Shown here: positions 1 through 14,090 of the stretch, piece after piece
Layout of the letters: each line of letters starts with the position of its first letter
How positions within the stretch are numbered: the first letter of the stretch is position 1
Source: Stegostoma tigrinum
Lineage: Eukaryota
DNA: 64,000 nucleotides
NCBI RefSeq assembly: GCF_030684315.1
Contig: NC_081356.1
Location: forward strand, 8,072,362 to 8,136,361
Reading direction: 5' to 3'
Program-made: the position numbers and the translations under genes
Notes under the pieces: model-generated
Told to the model about the DNA's origin: nothing
Seen by the model: only the letters and a program-made list of their open reading frames with translations
The model's database searches: none

Positions 1-1857
1 CACAAGGGTAACAGAAGTGGCGATTCATCTTTACAATTTTTGCTTTCTCAATTTAGATGCAGGACTGAACGATCATACATAAATGTGTGCTACATCAAGG
101 AAGAAGAAATTAAAATGGCTGTTTACTTATCACACAAAACAATGTTAGTGGAATGTGATCTTCATTTGCACTTTAGAAGCATTTACACATTGCTGCAGAT
201 CTGGGTTCTTGGTGTTGCATTAACAGATGGGACTGTACGACAACCTGAAAAATGTGTTATGCCATGGGACAAATATGCTACTTAATCTAATTCTTAGATC
301 ATACAAAAATCCCTTAGATTTCCTTACTCAGTACAAGTGTAGGTGGCAAGATTGAAACAACAAGGGCCAAGGAAGTGACACAAAGAGATCATTGTATTCA
401 CGTTACATTAAATGAAGTGCTATTAACCATAATGTTCTTACTAAAATTTACAAATGTTGTAATGATGTCATTGAAGCATAATGTTTCTCTCCACACTCAT
501 CAGAAAGACCATAAGACCATTTTAATCTGTTGTATGAACATCTTTTTAAACTCTTGAATTAAATGTTAATTTTAAAATTTGTTGATTTTTTATCATCCTT
601 AAGCAGATCCCAGTTTCAATTTCAGTTACAACTGATATTCAGTGTTACCAATTTCAGCATGTTGCAACTACAACGGACATTTTCACCAAGATCAGTGAAA
701 GGCAATCTAAAAAGCTGGCTTGGATACGCTGGACTTGATTTTGACTTACAGTAATTATTTACATGGAAAATAGAGAATCAGCAGCCTCTTGTACAACCAT
801 CTCAGTTGATGCCAAGAGAAATAAAAATTGACGGAAATTTAAAATGACTAGTGTAAGTTTTTTTTAAGACGACGTGGATGGAGTGTGGCTAAGGTTGGGA
901 TATGGCATTGAATCCAGATAACCCAAAACCAGAGAAGTATTGCTGAATTTCACAAGCTAATTGCTACAGTTTCATCCCTTTTTCAGAAGGTCACAGCTAA
1001 GGCTTACTGGTGATGGACTCTGGCAACTGGGAAGGTGAAGGATTGGTGGCAGGTGGATGTGTTGAGAAAAGAATAGGGGCTCTGGAAGTTAAGCCAGAAA
1101 GGGAGGAAGCTCAAGTACCATTGCAGATTTTCAGAGTCCTGGCATGGTCAGCGCTAAGCCTCAATCACTACCAAAATCTGAAGAATGTATCCTCATTTTA
1201 TGGCCCTGCCTTTCCAAAAAGTCTTATCGGTGGTCCCAAATTTGCTGTGGCTCAGATGAAAACAGCTGTAGTGGCTATATTGTTGGTGTCAGGTTTCACA
1301 AATTTGCTGATGGAACCCCTGCTCAACCTTTGCTTCTTCCTCCTTTGTATGCTTTCCCCTCACTGTCATTAGTTTTACACCTTCATAAAAATCTAGAGTT
1401 ATCCCATATTTGCTGATCTGCACCAAATACATGCTTTAGTATAAAAATAGTTTAGATTTTACCTGTCACTTGCAAAAGTTGTGTATTTCTGATTTGTTTG
1501 TTGCTAGTCTCCTCTCCTCATCTCACAAAAATGACTGGTGACATTGAAATTTCCAAACTAGCTTGCTGCTGGTAATTAGGATACTGCAAACTATCCAGTA
1601 ACATTTCATTAACTCATATTACGTTTGAGCACCACACTTTTGCTTTGTGTTTTTTTTTGCGTAGGCACTAATCGCCACAGGAGTTGTTCCTGCAGACTTT
1701 GGGGTCAGCAGGGGTCAGATCTGAGCCATCTGCAAAAGTGGCACTAGTAGTCAATCTGTGTCATAGAGATAGCATTCCCAGCAGCAATGAAAGTCACCTC
1801 CAGCCTCAACTGGCTTCTTTTGCTTAACAGGGGATTTTAAGCAGTTAATGTTTTAAA

Positions 1858-2180
1858 ACACAGTACAGAGATGGACACTTTGGCCCAATTCATCCATGTT
1901 GACCAGGTAGCCTAAATGAATCTAGACCCATTTGCCATCATTTGACCCATATTCTTCTAAACTCTTCCTAAACATGCACCACCCTTTGCATTAAAAAGTT
2001 GTCCCTTAGGTACCTTTTAAATCTTTCCCACTAAAATCTATGCCCTCTAAATTTGCAATCCCCTATCCTGGGAAAAAGACCTTGGCTATCCACATCTCCA
2101 TGCCCCTCATGATTTTCAAACCTCTGTAAGGTCAACCCTCATCCTCTGACACTCCAGACATGAAAGACTCAGCCTACTCC
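1858..2180 (-). mobile_element. CR1-type LINE 3' end fragment
   Basis: Reverse complement of the CR1 3' UTR/ORF2 end; similar to 5152-5412 (ctag(a/t)cccatttgcc...atgcc...cccttaggt). Confidence 0.7.
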
Positions 2181-2184
2181 ATTG

Positions 2185-2472
2185 GAGATGGTAAGATGCA
2201 GATGCTGGAGTCAGAGATAACCGTGTGGAGTGGGAGGAGCACAGCAGGCCAGGCAGCATCAGAGGAGCAGGAAAGTTGATGTTTTGGGTCAGAACCCTTC
2301 TTCAGGGATATGGACCAAATGCTGGCAAATGGGACTAGATTCATTTAGGATATCTGGTTGGCGTGGACAAATTAGGCCAATTTGTCTGTTTCTGAAGAAA
2401 GGTCCCAACGTGAAACGTCAACTTTCCTGCACCTCTGATAGTGTCTGGCCTGCTGTGTTCCTCCAGCTCCAT
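2185..2472. mobile_element. PLE terminal-repeat (family A) fold-back insertion with 85-bp CR1-derived spacer
   Basis: Inverted arms 2185-2305 and 2391-2472; TSD agcctactcc at 2171-2180 and 2473-2482; decayed hammerhead core ctgaagaa...gaaacgtc from 2392. Confidence 0.85.
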
Positions 2473-3317
2473 AGCCTACTCCTGCCCTCCCTTTGGCTCC
2501 TTCATGTACTGGCCAAACTTGTATCAAACAATCGGTGATACATCAGACTGGAATGGCTTCTTTATCATCATATAACAATATAATGTGGGTGCCCAAACAT
2601 CTCACTTTTGGCAGTTCCCAAAGTAAAGACGTCACTGATAGCAGATGTCATGTTGTCTTGTGGACTGTGATGTTGGTTTGTATCATTATGGTTGTAACAT
2701 TTGTGAAGAGTTTGAAAAATGTGAATATGGTCATGATATCAGGTGTAACATGAACGCATACATTGTTGGAGAATGGTCATGCAAGATAAGTGATGCAAGA
2801 ACATAAATGGCTAATACCTCAAGTGAACAGGTTGATCGATGATACTCCATGTGGTGGGAAAATCATCAGCCATTGGGATCAGTGGTAGCTGAGCAAGAAC
2901 AGAAATGGAATTGCCCTTTCCCGCCAATCAGGAAGAGATGAAAATTACCCCAGAACATCAGTGTATGTTGATCATAAACTGCATCACAGATGATTCTGAT
3001 GCTTTCTCATGAATGTCCGAACTCCAAGACTTCTAAAAGTTGTAACTGAATTTCAGTGACAGTTGAGGAATACTCCTTAAATCATGTTCTCAACCAGGAC
3101 TGCTGAGACGGACCATAAAGCCCCGCTCATGCCCCAGCTGAATTGATTCAATCAAGTACACACTGGGCTTTCAATCAGCTGGTCTGCATGGTTTGGTAGC
3201 AACGTACATAATGCATTTGCCCAGTAAATCAATAAGAACAATTTAAAATAGGCTTTGAAAAGTAGGACAACTCAATAGACCTGGTATAAAGGTGCAGTCC
3301 TCATCAATATTTATCTG

Positions 3318-4137
3318 GCAAGGTCTGGCAGATGGAGTACAATGTTGATAAGTGTGAGGTCATCCATTTTGGTAGGAATAACAGCAAAATGGACTCTGTT
3401 TTAAATGGTAAAAAATTGCAGCACGCTGCTGTGCAGAGGGACTTGGGTGTCCTTGTCCATGAATCACTAAAAGTAGGATTGCAGGTGCAGCAGGTGATGA
3501 AAAAGGCAAATGGAATTTTTTCTGCCATTGCTCGAGGGATGGAGTTTAAAAACAGGGAGGCCATGCTGCAGCTGTATAGGGTCCTGGTGAGGCCACACCC
3601 GGAGTACTGTGTGCAGTTTTGGTCTCCTTACCTGAGAAGAGATATACCAGCACTGGAGGGGTGCAGGGGAGATTCACTCGGTTGACCCCAGAGTTGAGAG
3701 GGTTGGATTATGAGGAGATACTGTGTAGACTGGTATTATACTCACTGAAATTCAGAAGAATGAGTGGAGATCTTATAGAAACACATAAGATTATGAAGGG
3801 AATAGATAAGGTGGAGGCAGAGAGGTTGTTTCCACTAGCAGGTGAAACTAGGACAAGGGGCCATCGCCTCAAAATAAAGGGAAGCAGATGTAGGACTGAG
3901 GTCAGGAGGAACTTCTTCACCCAAAGCGTTGTGAATCTGAGGAATTCCCCGCCCAGTGAAGTGGTTGAAAATACCTCGCTGAATGTGTTTAAGACAAGGC
4001 TAGATAAATTGTTGAACAGTAAAGGAATTAAGGGTTATGGTGAATGGGTGGGTAAGTGTCAAACAGATCAGCCATGATCTTATTAAATGGTGGGGCCGGA
4101 TGGCCTACTCCTGCTCCTAGTTCTTATGTTCTTATGT
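3318..4137 (+). mobile_element. CR1 LINE, 5'-truncated, frameshifted ORF2 C-terminus and 3' UTR
   Basis: ORFs 3332-3685 and 3619-4077 contain CR1 motifs (KCEVIHFG, QRDLGVLV, LYRVLVRPHPEYCVQFWSP, TRTRGH, RNFFTQ); ends in a (ttcttatg)n-type tail. Confidence 0.95.
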
Positions 4138-5151
4138 AAGTTATATAGAGTAATAAGCAGTTTCCCAACACTATTGGATTGAAATTTCGCCATTGCAAAT
4201 TCCAACAGTGGCCTCAGGCAAGTGAGAAGGGTGGTTAATTGCATCAGAAACAATGACATGTAATAGTGTAGAGGAAAACTGGTGATGCCCAGGGTAGCCA
4301 TGATAATTCAAGAAAAAATGCATAGTGTTGCCTATCTCTGACAGACAACATAGAGAGAGTTATAGCAGAGATACATAGAGCTCTATACAACTCAATTAAT
4401 TTATTAAGTAGTTAAACAAATAATACATGCTTTTAACAACTAGAGATGTCCCAATTACTGCCTTTCACTATATTAGGTTCTGTAACTAACCCCAAGCATT
4501 ATGACCCAGGAGACTTGACAGCTGGCCAGGCTGGAACTCTTCCCAACATCTTCACCATGCTTCCTGTTGTAGGGTATCTCTTGTAGTGTTATTCTCAAGA
4601 GTTCTGCTGAAATTGGGGGTTTCCAGGCAATTTTATTTTTAATATACAGTTCAGACCTGTCATGTTGACATTCCAACTTCCTTATTTGGAATTGCTTGTT
4701 CAATTCCAAGTGGTTTTACTATCCATAAATAACAATGATTGAAGCCCTTTGATTTCCACAAATCCCTCTCCCTTTTATAGTCTCAACCATAACTTAGCGT
4801 TCTGATTGCTTTTTTATGGCAGCTGGAATGCCATTCTGTTCATTCTTCCTAACTGTAGCTGGGTGTGGTAATTTTAGAGGCCAATTTTCTACAATATCTT
4901 CTGTCAAACTTGTTTCAGTCCACTGTAAAACCTCGTATCGATTCCCACACCCAAAAATAGGTCAGCAGATGAGACCTGCATTCTTTGAATGTGGCCTCAG
5001 GAAAGCCCTGTTGGCTCCATGCTCAGTTAAATATACTTTATGATTTTATGTTTAAGGGCATCCTGTTTGTAAAACTAGTCTAGATGTTGCTTAGGTGCAA
5101 CCATATTAGATGCCTCTAATTAAGCCAATCTTGCTGAAGGAACCACAAAGA

Positions 5152-5412
5152 CATAGTGTCATCGAGCTGTGCAGCATGGAAACAGACCCTTCCATCTAAC
5201 TTGTCCTTGCCAACCAGATATTCTAAAGAAATCTAGTCCCATTTGCCATCATTTTGTCCATGTCACTCTAAACCTTTCCTATTCATATGTCCATCAAGAT
5301 GCCTTTTAAATGTTGTGATTGTAGCAGCCTCTACCACTTCATCTGGCAGCTCATTGTATAAATGCATCACACTCTACATTCAAAAGATTGACCCTTAGGT
5401 CTCTTTTAAATC
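5152..5412 (-). mobile_element. CR1-type LINE 3' end fragment
   Basis: Similar to 1858-2180; typical CR1 3' UTR in reverse. Confidence 0.7.
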
Positions 5413-6779
5413 ACTTACGACTGTTTCAGAGATAGTGATATGCTTTAAAATTTTGACCTTTCTTGATATGGCAGAAGACGCCCTTCTGGGTTGTCAGAAG
5501 GTACTATTTACATCCCTGATATTGTAAGCTCTGGAGACGATCATCCAAATGGTGGTGAGGATAAAGTCAGATTTCTAGGCTCTGGTCTTAAATTCTTTGT
5601 GCTCGGTAGCTTGATGTTTAGTGTCATATTGTCAAACCAATTGCATGTAGGTTTAAAAATAGTATAAAGGAATCTGCCTGCACACGTTCCTAATTACACT
5701 GACAGAACTGAGACCTCCACAAGATGGTAGTCTAGTGATGAATTAATGCCCTGACAGTTCCAGGAATAATGAAAGAGGTTGATACACTTTTCTAAAATAC
5801 ACTCCTATTGCTTAATTCATAATTTGTATGACTGCTTCTTTTCAGCTGTTGACAGGCCAGTAGCTATTAGTTTATATATCTTACTGGTATTCCACATGCT
5901 AGTTGATTTCTCCACTTTCTTATGTGCCTTAATGCACCCATTGCACATAAAGATACACATGTGACACATTGTTATGCTCAATGTGCAGTATATGATGCAG
6001 ATCTCCGTCTGCATGTGTAATTTGGTATCGCTGAAGGAATTTAACATTGAAAATGTATGTGTATGAAATTCCCGAGCTGCATCAGCAAAGTCAACATAAG
6101 AGATGTAGTCTTTCACGTTTGGAATCCTGACAGGAAGCCTCACCCTCTGCCTGGCAATGTAAGCAAGTCATAGTGCTCTGCCTGTGGTTCCTGGCCATTA
6201 AAATTAATGATCAGATAGTTAGTATGAATAGACGCGCAATTTCCTGCTGTACACAGGCAGTAGGAGAGGCTCTAGCCAGCAGAATGAGCTCAGAAGATCA
6301 TTCCCAAGATAACAAACTTCATGATACAATATAGGAATGACAGCTTGTTACAATGCCCCTGGTAAATTCGTCAAACAAAATAACCAAATTTGCTGAACAA
6401 TTTCCCCAAGTGAAGAAATTCCCAAGAATATTCTACATTTTGTACATTTCAGTTTAACATGAACAGGATTCAATGTAAGTTAAACGTGTATTAACAGGCA
6501 AATGAGATGATAAATTTTACATTAATTAGTAAACAAGACTTTGTAAATGAGTCTTACAGGACTGCAATCATTCCCTGTCAGTTTGTATGATATTACATAT
6601 CCTAATCTTCCCAAAATATGCTGTTTCTTTGTAGTTATGCAGGTCAGGATCTTTACCCTATTACAGTCCTCACCTCCAGGTTTTACAGGCCCAACTATAA
6701 TCAGTGTAGCAAGTCTCTATAAACCTCTTTCCTTTAGTTCATAACAGTCCTTGTAATGTAGCTATTCCGAATTTATTTT

Positions 6780-8760
6780 CAGTCCCTTTACTGTTTGGCC
6801 ACTTCTGATAAATCACCCAGCTCTCTGTTGTTTCTAAGCTATTGACACAGCTTGTACTTGGCTAGATGACTGGTTTGCGATGCAGAGTGGTACCTTTGTA
6901 CCTCAGAGCTCTCAATCTCTCACCATTTAGATAAGTTTCATTTTTATTCTTCCTGCCATAACTCCCACATTTCCCACATGATGTGCTATTTCTCACGCAC
7001 GTAACCATTCCACATCTTTTTCTAGCTTTGTTCTGTCCCCTACCCAACCTGGAAAATTTGGTAGCCATATTTTCAGCCCCTTCATCAAAGTCATCATAAA
7101 TTGAAAATAGTTGAGGCCCCAGGAAAGATACCTATGACTCAGCAGTCTTTATGTCCTGAGTAGGACCCATTGACATTCACCCACAAAACGACCCACATAT
7201 TCCCTGCTTCCAGTTCACCAGCCAACCTTCTGCCCATGCCAACACTAGCATCTACACCATGGGCTAATATTTTCTACAACAAACTTTGATGTGGCACTTT
7301 ATCAAATGTGGAAATCTAAGTGGAGTATATCCGCCAGTTCCTGTTTTCCTCCCAACACTTCACTTCCTTAGAGAACTCCAATAGTTTTTAAACATTATTT
7401 CCCCTTCCCAAAACCATGTTGACTCTGCCTGATTACCTTGAACTTATCTAAGTACTCTGCTGCAATGTCTTTAAAAATAACATCCAGCATTTTCTTCATG
7501 ATAAATTGTTAAGCTAACTGACCTGTAGATTATTTTCTGCATCCCTCGCTTTTTTACAAAGGGGTCATACTTGCTATCTTCCAATCTAATGAGAAGTTTA
7601 CCTGAATTGCAAAAGTTTTGGAAAATTAAAACCAATGTATCCGTTATTTTAATAGCCACATTGATTAAGACCTAGAATGAAGTCCATTAGGATCCATGCA
7701 CTTAACAGCACACATCTCCAACTATTTAGTCAGTACCACTTCTCTGGTCATTGTCATTTTCCTGAGTTTCTCCCTCCCTTCCATTTCCTGTAATTTTTCC
7801 AAGTTTATTAATCCTTTTAGATTTTCTTTGCGGTTTTAAATATTCTTCCCAATTCTCTGACCTGCACAATGAATTTTTTTTTCAAATCGTTTGATACTTT
7901 CTTTTAACTTTTTTAGTTAATGATAAACAGTGGGTCTCTCTTTTTGAACTTTTTTTACAGGTTGAGGTGTTTTTTTATTTTGTATATTTTAAATTTGGTA
8001 TAAAATATTTCTTAAAGGTCAGCTGTTGTATCTGTTGACCTAATCTTTAACCTAGCTGTCTAATTCACTTTAGTTCATTCCTGCATCATGCCCTCATTAT
8101 CGCACCTATTTAAGCTTTTTAAAAAAAGAGTCCACAACGCTGTATTCTCTCTCTCAAACTGAATGCAAAATTAAATCATATTATAATCACTTGAGGTACC
8201 TTTACTGTAAGATCAATAATTAGCCCTATCTCATTGCACAATAAACAATTGAACATAGACTCTCTCTGAATGGCTCCATAACATGCTGTTCTCAGAAACT
8301 ATCCTAAAACATTATTGACTATCTTTGAACGTTTGACTTTTCCAGTCCAGATGCAGACCAAATCCTCCCATAATTTTGCTACGTCCTTCAGGCAAGCACC
8401 CATTATTTCTTCTTTAATACACCTCTTATCCATGTTGGTACTGTTATAGCTCTATACAAGATGCCCACACTATTTCCACGTCATCTCTTTTTAAACAAAG
8501 GCCATCCTTCTATATTGTCATATTTACTGAACAAAGACACCTTCCACCTTTTCCTAGCTTCTTGTTTTTTGTAAATATACTCTGCCCTTTAAAATTCAGG
8601 TGCCTATCCAAGTAATGCTACAGTCATGTCTCTGTAATGATTGTCAGATTGTTCTGATTTATTTCTGCTTGTGCTCAGATAATCTGTTTCTCTTTTGAAA
8701 TGATGTGCACATTCAAGTACAGAGCTTTCAGCTTTATCCTTTTATTCATTCACAGCGTCT
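6780..8760 (-). mobile_element. Old, degraded CR1 LINE ORF2 fragment
   Basis: Minus-strand peptides LVLIFQN...PFVKKRGMQKIIYRSVSLT (7471-7659) and YLNGERL (6862-7068) match CR1 RT-region motifs; boundaries approximate. Confidence 0.7.
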
Positions 8761-9535
8761 AGTTTTATCAATAAGTTTATTCTTAAATTTGTACTCTCCA
8801 TCCTTTCCAGTCATTGCCTATCAGTATTCCTAATGCAGAGCAATTGTCAATTAAAATTTTCAATTCTGTCTATGTTAGTTTTGTTGGGATTTCCACGTAA
8901 ACCTGACATTAACTTCAATCCATGTGACAGAGAGAATTTGTGGCCATCAGAATATCTGAGCCATGACCTTATTTTAGATATCAGTGTGTTACCAGATGAC
9001 ACAGAAATTACAAATGCTAGTACACTTGTTCATGAAAGCACGGTAAGCCTAACATTGTCTCAGTGAAAAGATGTCTTAAATATGGAATAAAATTAAGAAT
9101 CAATTGGGCAAATGTGTTACATCAAAGGAAAGCCAACATTCATTTGTAGGAGGCAAATTTGTGTTCAAATCATTTGATTGAGGTTTTGTTTTGGTGAATT
9201 AACAGAAAGGTTTGATGAGAGTAATGTGGCTTATGTGATGTAAATGAACTTCCAAAAGGCTTTTAATGAAATGACTTATAATGGGCTTCTCAGAACTAAT
9301 GGAGTTTAAGTAACAGTGACAACATAGATATGGAGTTGGTTGAGGGGCGGGAATGGTAAAAAAGTTAGTCATTGAGTCATACAGCATAGAAACAGGCCCT
9401 TTGGCCCATCATGTCTATGCCGGCCAATAAACACCAAACTATAATACTCCAATTTACCTGTAATTGGTCCAAAGCACACAATTCCCTGGCCTTTTTGAGT
9501 CTCTGCATCACAAAGTAGCTACCTAGCTAACTGAG

Positions 9536-9765
9536 CCGGGGCCAGTTAGCTCATTTGACTAGATGGCTGGTTTGTGATGCAGAGTGATGCTAACACTGTG
9601 GGTTCAATTCCTGCATCATCTGAGGTTACAAAGAAGAATCTCCATCTCAAACTTTCCTCTCACTTGAGGTGTAGTGACCCCAAATTTAAACCACCACAAT
9701 TGTCTCTTTCAAATGAGGGAGCAGTCCTATGGTCTGGAGAGGCTGTGGTGAGTTTACTAATGCCA
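9536..9765 (+). mobile_element. tRNA-derived SINE
   Basis: A-box-like ttagctcatttg and B-box gggttcaattcc followed by a non-tRNA body; related reverse fragment near 15420-15530. Confidence 0.65.
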
Positions 9766-10606
9766 TATAGATATGGTGACTGTATAATTTGAGAGTTGCT
9801 GCCAGACTCCTGCTGTAACTCCAACAGGAATCCAACTGAACATATTGGCCTAGGGAGAAGGCTTGTTAATTCATAAAGTATATAATATTTTGCAAATTAA
9901 TTTCCACAGAAGAGCCATTTTATCTCTCTTCCTTTCCTGAATCCTAAAGATAGGCAGTTGTTGATTTTTTGGGGGGCAAGCTGCCAAGATGTGTCCATAG
10001 GCATCAGCCCAGGCCCAGTGGCAGCAATTCTTTCTCAGAAGGTTGTGTATTCAAATTTTATTTTAAGGACTTCAGACTTAAATTTCAATTTGAGGTTGAG
10101 AGCCAATGCTTAGAGCCTGAACCTGTATTGTGTTTTGTCACTTATGGAAAATATTCTACAGTACAAATATTTAACTGAGCTTAAAAAGAGCTCAAAGCCC
10201 AATTCACTGCTCCAAGTGATCTTTGAAGACTGCAGATACCTGCAGAACATGAACAATGAAGACAGATGGCAGCAATGATAGGGCCTGTCATTTTCCAGCT
10301 GGAGAGAGATGGGATGAGGCAGAACGTTAGAGGATCAGGTGGATTATTTGGCAAAACGGTGGGCAAACCGTCAATTAGAAATTATTATAACTGACCTCAT
10401 ACAAAAAGGCCTGAGGCAAAAGGTTCTCCTCAAAAAAATATATAGAGTCTCTGCCCTGTGTGAAACTGATCGCTGTGCACAAGCACTAGAGGTCGTTCAA
10501 TGTTGGCGATTTGTGAATTAAAAATTCCCCAGATGATAAAAACCCCTGGCTATAAACTCAAAAGCTAGGCTCGCACTCTCATGTGGTACTGAAGCAGTTA
10601 ATGCCA

Positions 10607-10967
10607 GGCAATGGCCTCATGGTATTATCATTGGATTATTAATCCTGAGGCGCCAGTGATATCCTGGAGGCACAGGTTTGAATCTCGCCAAGGCAGATGG
10701 TGGCATTTGAATTCAATGAAAACAATCTGAATTAAGAGTCTAATGATGACCAAGAACCGATTGTTGATTGTTGGGGAAAAAAACCATCTGGCCCACTAAT
10801 GTCCTTCAGGGAAGGGAACTGCCGTCCATACACAGTCTGGCCTACATGTGACTCCAGACCCACAGCAATGTATTGGACTCCATAACTGCCTTCTGAATCA
10901 TTAGGAATGAGCAATAAATTCTGACCTAACCACTGATGTCCTCACCTCATGAATGCATAAAACAAAA
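10607..10967 (+). mobile_element. tRNA-derived SINE with LINE-derived tail
   Basis: tggcctcatggt ... ggtttgaatctc boxes; 3' tail gcaataaa...catgaatgcataaaacaaaaa resembles the end of the LINE at 27595-28320. Confidence 0.65.
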
Positions 10968-13879
10968 ATCCCTTTGAGATGAGATGGCAAACAGAGGTTG
11001 TGTTTGTCTTTGTAGCTGAGCACAAACTATATCGCAGGAGCATTAAATTACGAGCAGATGTGGTTGACCTGCTGCCTTGCTCAACATTTATTCTTCAACT
11101 ACTACCGTCAAGAAGTGATTTGCTATTATTGTATGTAATTTGCCTGCTGTATTTTCTAAATAACGTTTCCAAAATACATCATTGGCTATGAAACACATTG
11201 GGACATCAGATCGCAATTGAAAGTAAATAAACGTAAGTTCCTTCTCTCTTTCATCAAATCACATGTAAATGAGATTTCTTCCTACTGACTTAAAACTCCA
11301 GTGGGGTCAGCAGCTGAAGGCATGTGAGGCAAGAGGCAGTCATGTTCGGGGAGAGTAACTCGAAATGTTAGCAACTCAAGCATTAGTTTGGGAGGTGAAT
11401 CTTCCCTCAGTTCAAGACCTATGACCAGTGATAACCAAAATAATAGATTTAACCATTCTGGCATCTACGTTGTTATTAGCAAAGATTAAATGCTGCAGTA
11501 TTTGTTACACTGCTATTCTATTCCATTTGTAATCTGGAATCCAATTCAGTACAAATTGATGGGATGGCTGTTACTCTACTCTGATAGCTGTAAGGAGCCT
11601 AGGCTCAATGCTTCTGAGCAATCTAAAACATTTCACAGGGAGCACCAGCCCACAGCACAAAACTGCCCTTAATTCAGCACAAATTGCTAGTAAATTGGCT
11701 GTGTCAGTCAGAAAGCCCAAAAGGATATGTGTTGTGGGGATATCTGATAAATGCAGTAAAGGCCCCTCTGATAAAGAGCTGAAGCATATTATTAGAGGTA
11801 AATACATTGAATTCTATCCTGTAACTGACCTGTACTATACCTAGTATGTGAACATTTGATGTTATTATCTAGTGCAGAAAATAACGGTTTTATTTTTGAC
11901 ATCTGTCACTGTATGCAGAGCAAAATTAATTTGAATTATTTTAAATGTATTTTTACAGCTGAGGTTTCAGGCTTTTTGTCTCCTTATTGAACTGCAGGTG
12001 GAAGTGCAAAAAATTATATCAAACTTGATGCTTGGTGAGTAGCCTATGATAGTTTAATTTTAACAGTTTGAAAGTGGGAGTCACAATTTATAAGCAGGAT
12101 CAATATTTTAATTTAATCAGTTATATTCAAGGAGGATCAAGTAATGTGGCAAATAATTTGAAACTCATGGCTATCTGGAGACAAGGATACCTGAAAAATG
12201 CCACACTATGGCAATGCAGAGGACAGGAGCATTGCTGTGCAATGATTCTGATACCAGACATTTGCTCACAGGAGGAGTGAAAGCCATTGAAATGAGAATC
12301 TTTACCAAGGTAAACTTTCAAAAGCCTGTATTTAACAAATGTTATGGCTTAAGCATCTGAAATATAAACTTAACTTAAATTAGGTTAAGACCAGCAAATG
12401 GACAGATTTTAAAAGCTCCTATTGGGCAAAATATATATTAGGATGTTCTTCCTGAAGGCATAATGATGTGAGTGTTTGTGAATACAGGCAGTGTAGGAGC
12501 ACTGACATAGAAAATGGTGAGCATTTTTGAAAATGCAAATCACAGGAAACTGACAACACAACTTGTAGCTAGGGTGCAATTGGAAGCCAGGTAGTAATAG
12601 AACATTAGAAGATGTGTAAGGTGCTTATTACAGGCAATGGAAAGATTTTCAATCTCATGGTCAGACAAATGTGGAGCGTTTACCATTTGATTAGTGAATG
12701 ATGATTCACATGTCAACTCAGAGGACAACTTGATAGAGGACCACTGGTCCAAGGGCACAGATAAGGATCTCAATTAGGTAGCAGAGAGGAGATGCTAAAT
12801 GCACAATCTTCTGACTCTGCCAGGGAGCAGGGAGGAGACGAAATCCAACTTGTCAGAGACTATGTTAGAGCTCACTCTCTCTGTAGCTTCTGTTCCATGT
12901 CTCTGTGTTGTGCAGCACACCCAGAGGTAGCAGTTTTGTGCTGACAGGACCGTCATCCTCTTGTAGCAATTAGCTCTGACAAATCCAGGAACTCGCCAAG
13001 AGAACTCCGAAATCACTCAGGAAACGAAAATACAAACAATTACCTTACTTGTCCTTAGTTGGTTCCCAGCTCCAAGTAACGCATGGCCCATCTTGTAGAT
13101 TCATGATTGTTGGTTGCAGCATGAAAATGAAGACATTGCCTGCTTCTTCATTGCCAGGATTTGGGATCCTAGCCTCAATTCAGCCAGCTGAGCTGAGTGA
13201 AGCCAGGATATTAGATCTTCTGAGACATAGAGGGAATGTGCCTTTGAGTGTGTACTTCACATTCAGCAATGCTACATGAGCCACTGATGAGGTGGCTTCA
13301 TTCCACGGGACTCCCAAATTGAACCCTACTGAGCTCTATAGTGGTGCTATACAAGGCAATTTTTGAAACTGTACAGTACACGGTACACAGAATTCTGAAT
13401 TCACTGCTTGTATACATTGTGCATTGCACAGAGTAATGCCTAGCTACAGGCAACCATTATTAAATATCTTTCAATGCATCTTCCCGGCAGAGAGGGTAAA
13501 TTCACAAAATATACGCATTCAGCAGTGTGCTACAATTCACAAGAACAGCAATAGTTATTGTTGTTTCTACATTTTTAATTTTCTTGCATGCAGAATTGGA
13601 AAGATTTGAGAGCAACTTGCAAAGCTAACTAGAGCATGTAACAACATTGCTGTCATCCACAAACTGTAGAACATGTAGGTTTACTTGTAGTCAGTTTAAT
13701 TTTGGCATGAAGGTTGCTGTGGTTAAACAGCTCTCCATCTAGAATTTAATATTGACACTGCAGTGAAGTGAATAACCATTTGCCAGATGCATTTCAAACA
13801 TAGGGAGAGTTATAGCGCAAACCTGCCTGACCATGTCATGGGTTCTGAGTGCTCAGATCTCCTTTTTAAGATGGTAGCA

Positions 13880-14090
13880 GCCTTTAAAATGAGGGAATTG
13901 CAGGATTGTGAAGATGACTTTTGGACGTCCAAATCTGTAGAATGATCCACAGATCTTCGTGATTTACTGAAGCAAATGTCTTTGTTAAGTCTTTTGAATG
14001 AGGGCTCCTGGTATTGATCTCAACATTTTTCTTGGATTTGTCTGGTAACAAAAACCCAAAGCTCTCTTCGAAGCACAGCTGGATTGATAT
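13880..14090 (-). mobile_element. RTE-clade LINE reverse transcriptase relic
   Basis: Minus-strand peptides FVTRQIQEKC and DLTKTFASVNHEDLWIIL resemble the RTE motifs F.ARQ.QEKCRE and DLTKAFD.VNRE.LW.IL. Confidence 0.7.

Noticed and set aside
40-300. Possible exon after a polypyrimidine-AG at ~56, or a hAT transposase N-terminal relic
   Set aside because: No recognisable protein similarity strong enough to call and no clear splice donor.
1010-1416. Overlapping ORFs of 120 and 90 aa
   Set aside because: No recognisable domain; lengths are within chance expectation.
3332-4077. Longest adjacent ORFs as a host protein-coding gene
   Set aside because: They are frameshifted CR1 ORF2 C-terminal sequence; the same applies to 43378-43650, 53034-53516 and 54008-54673.
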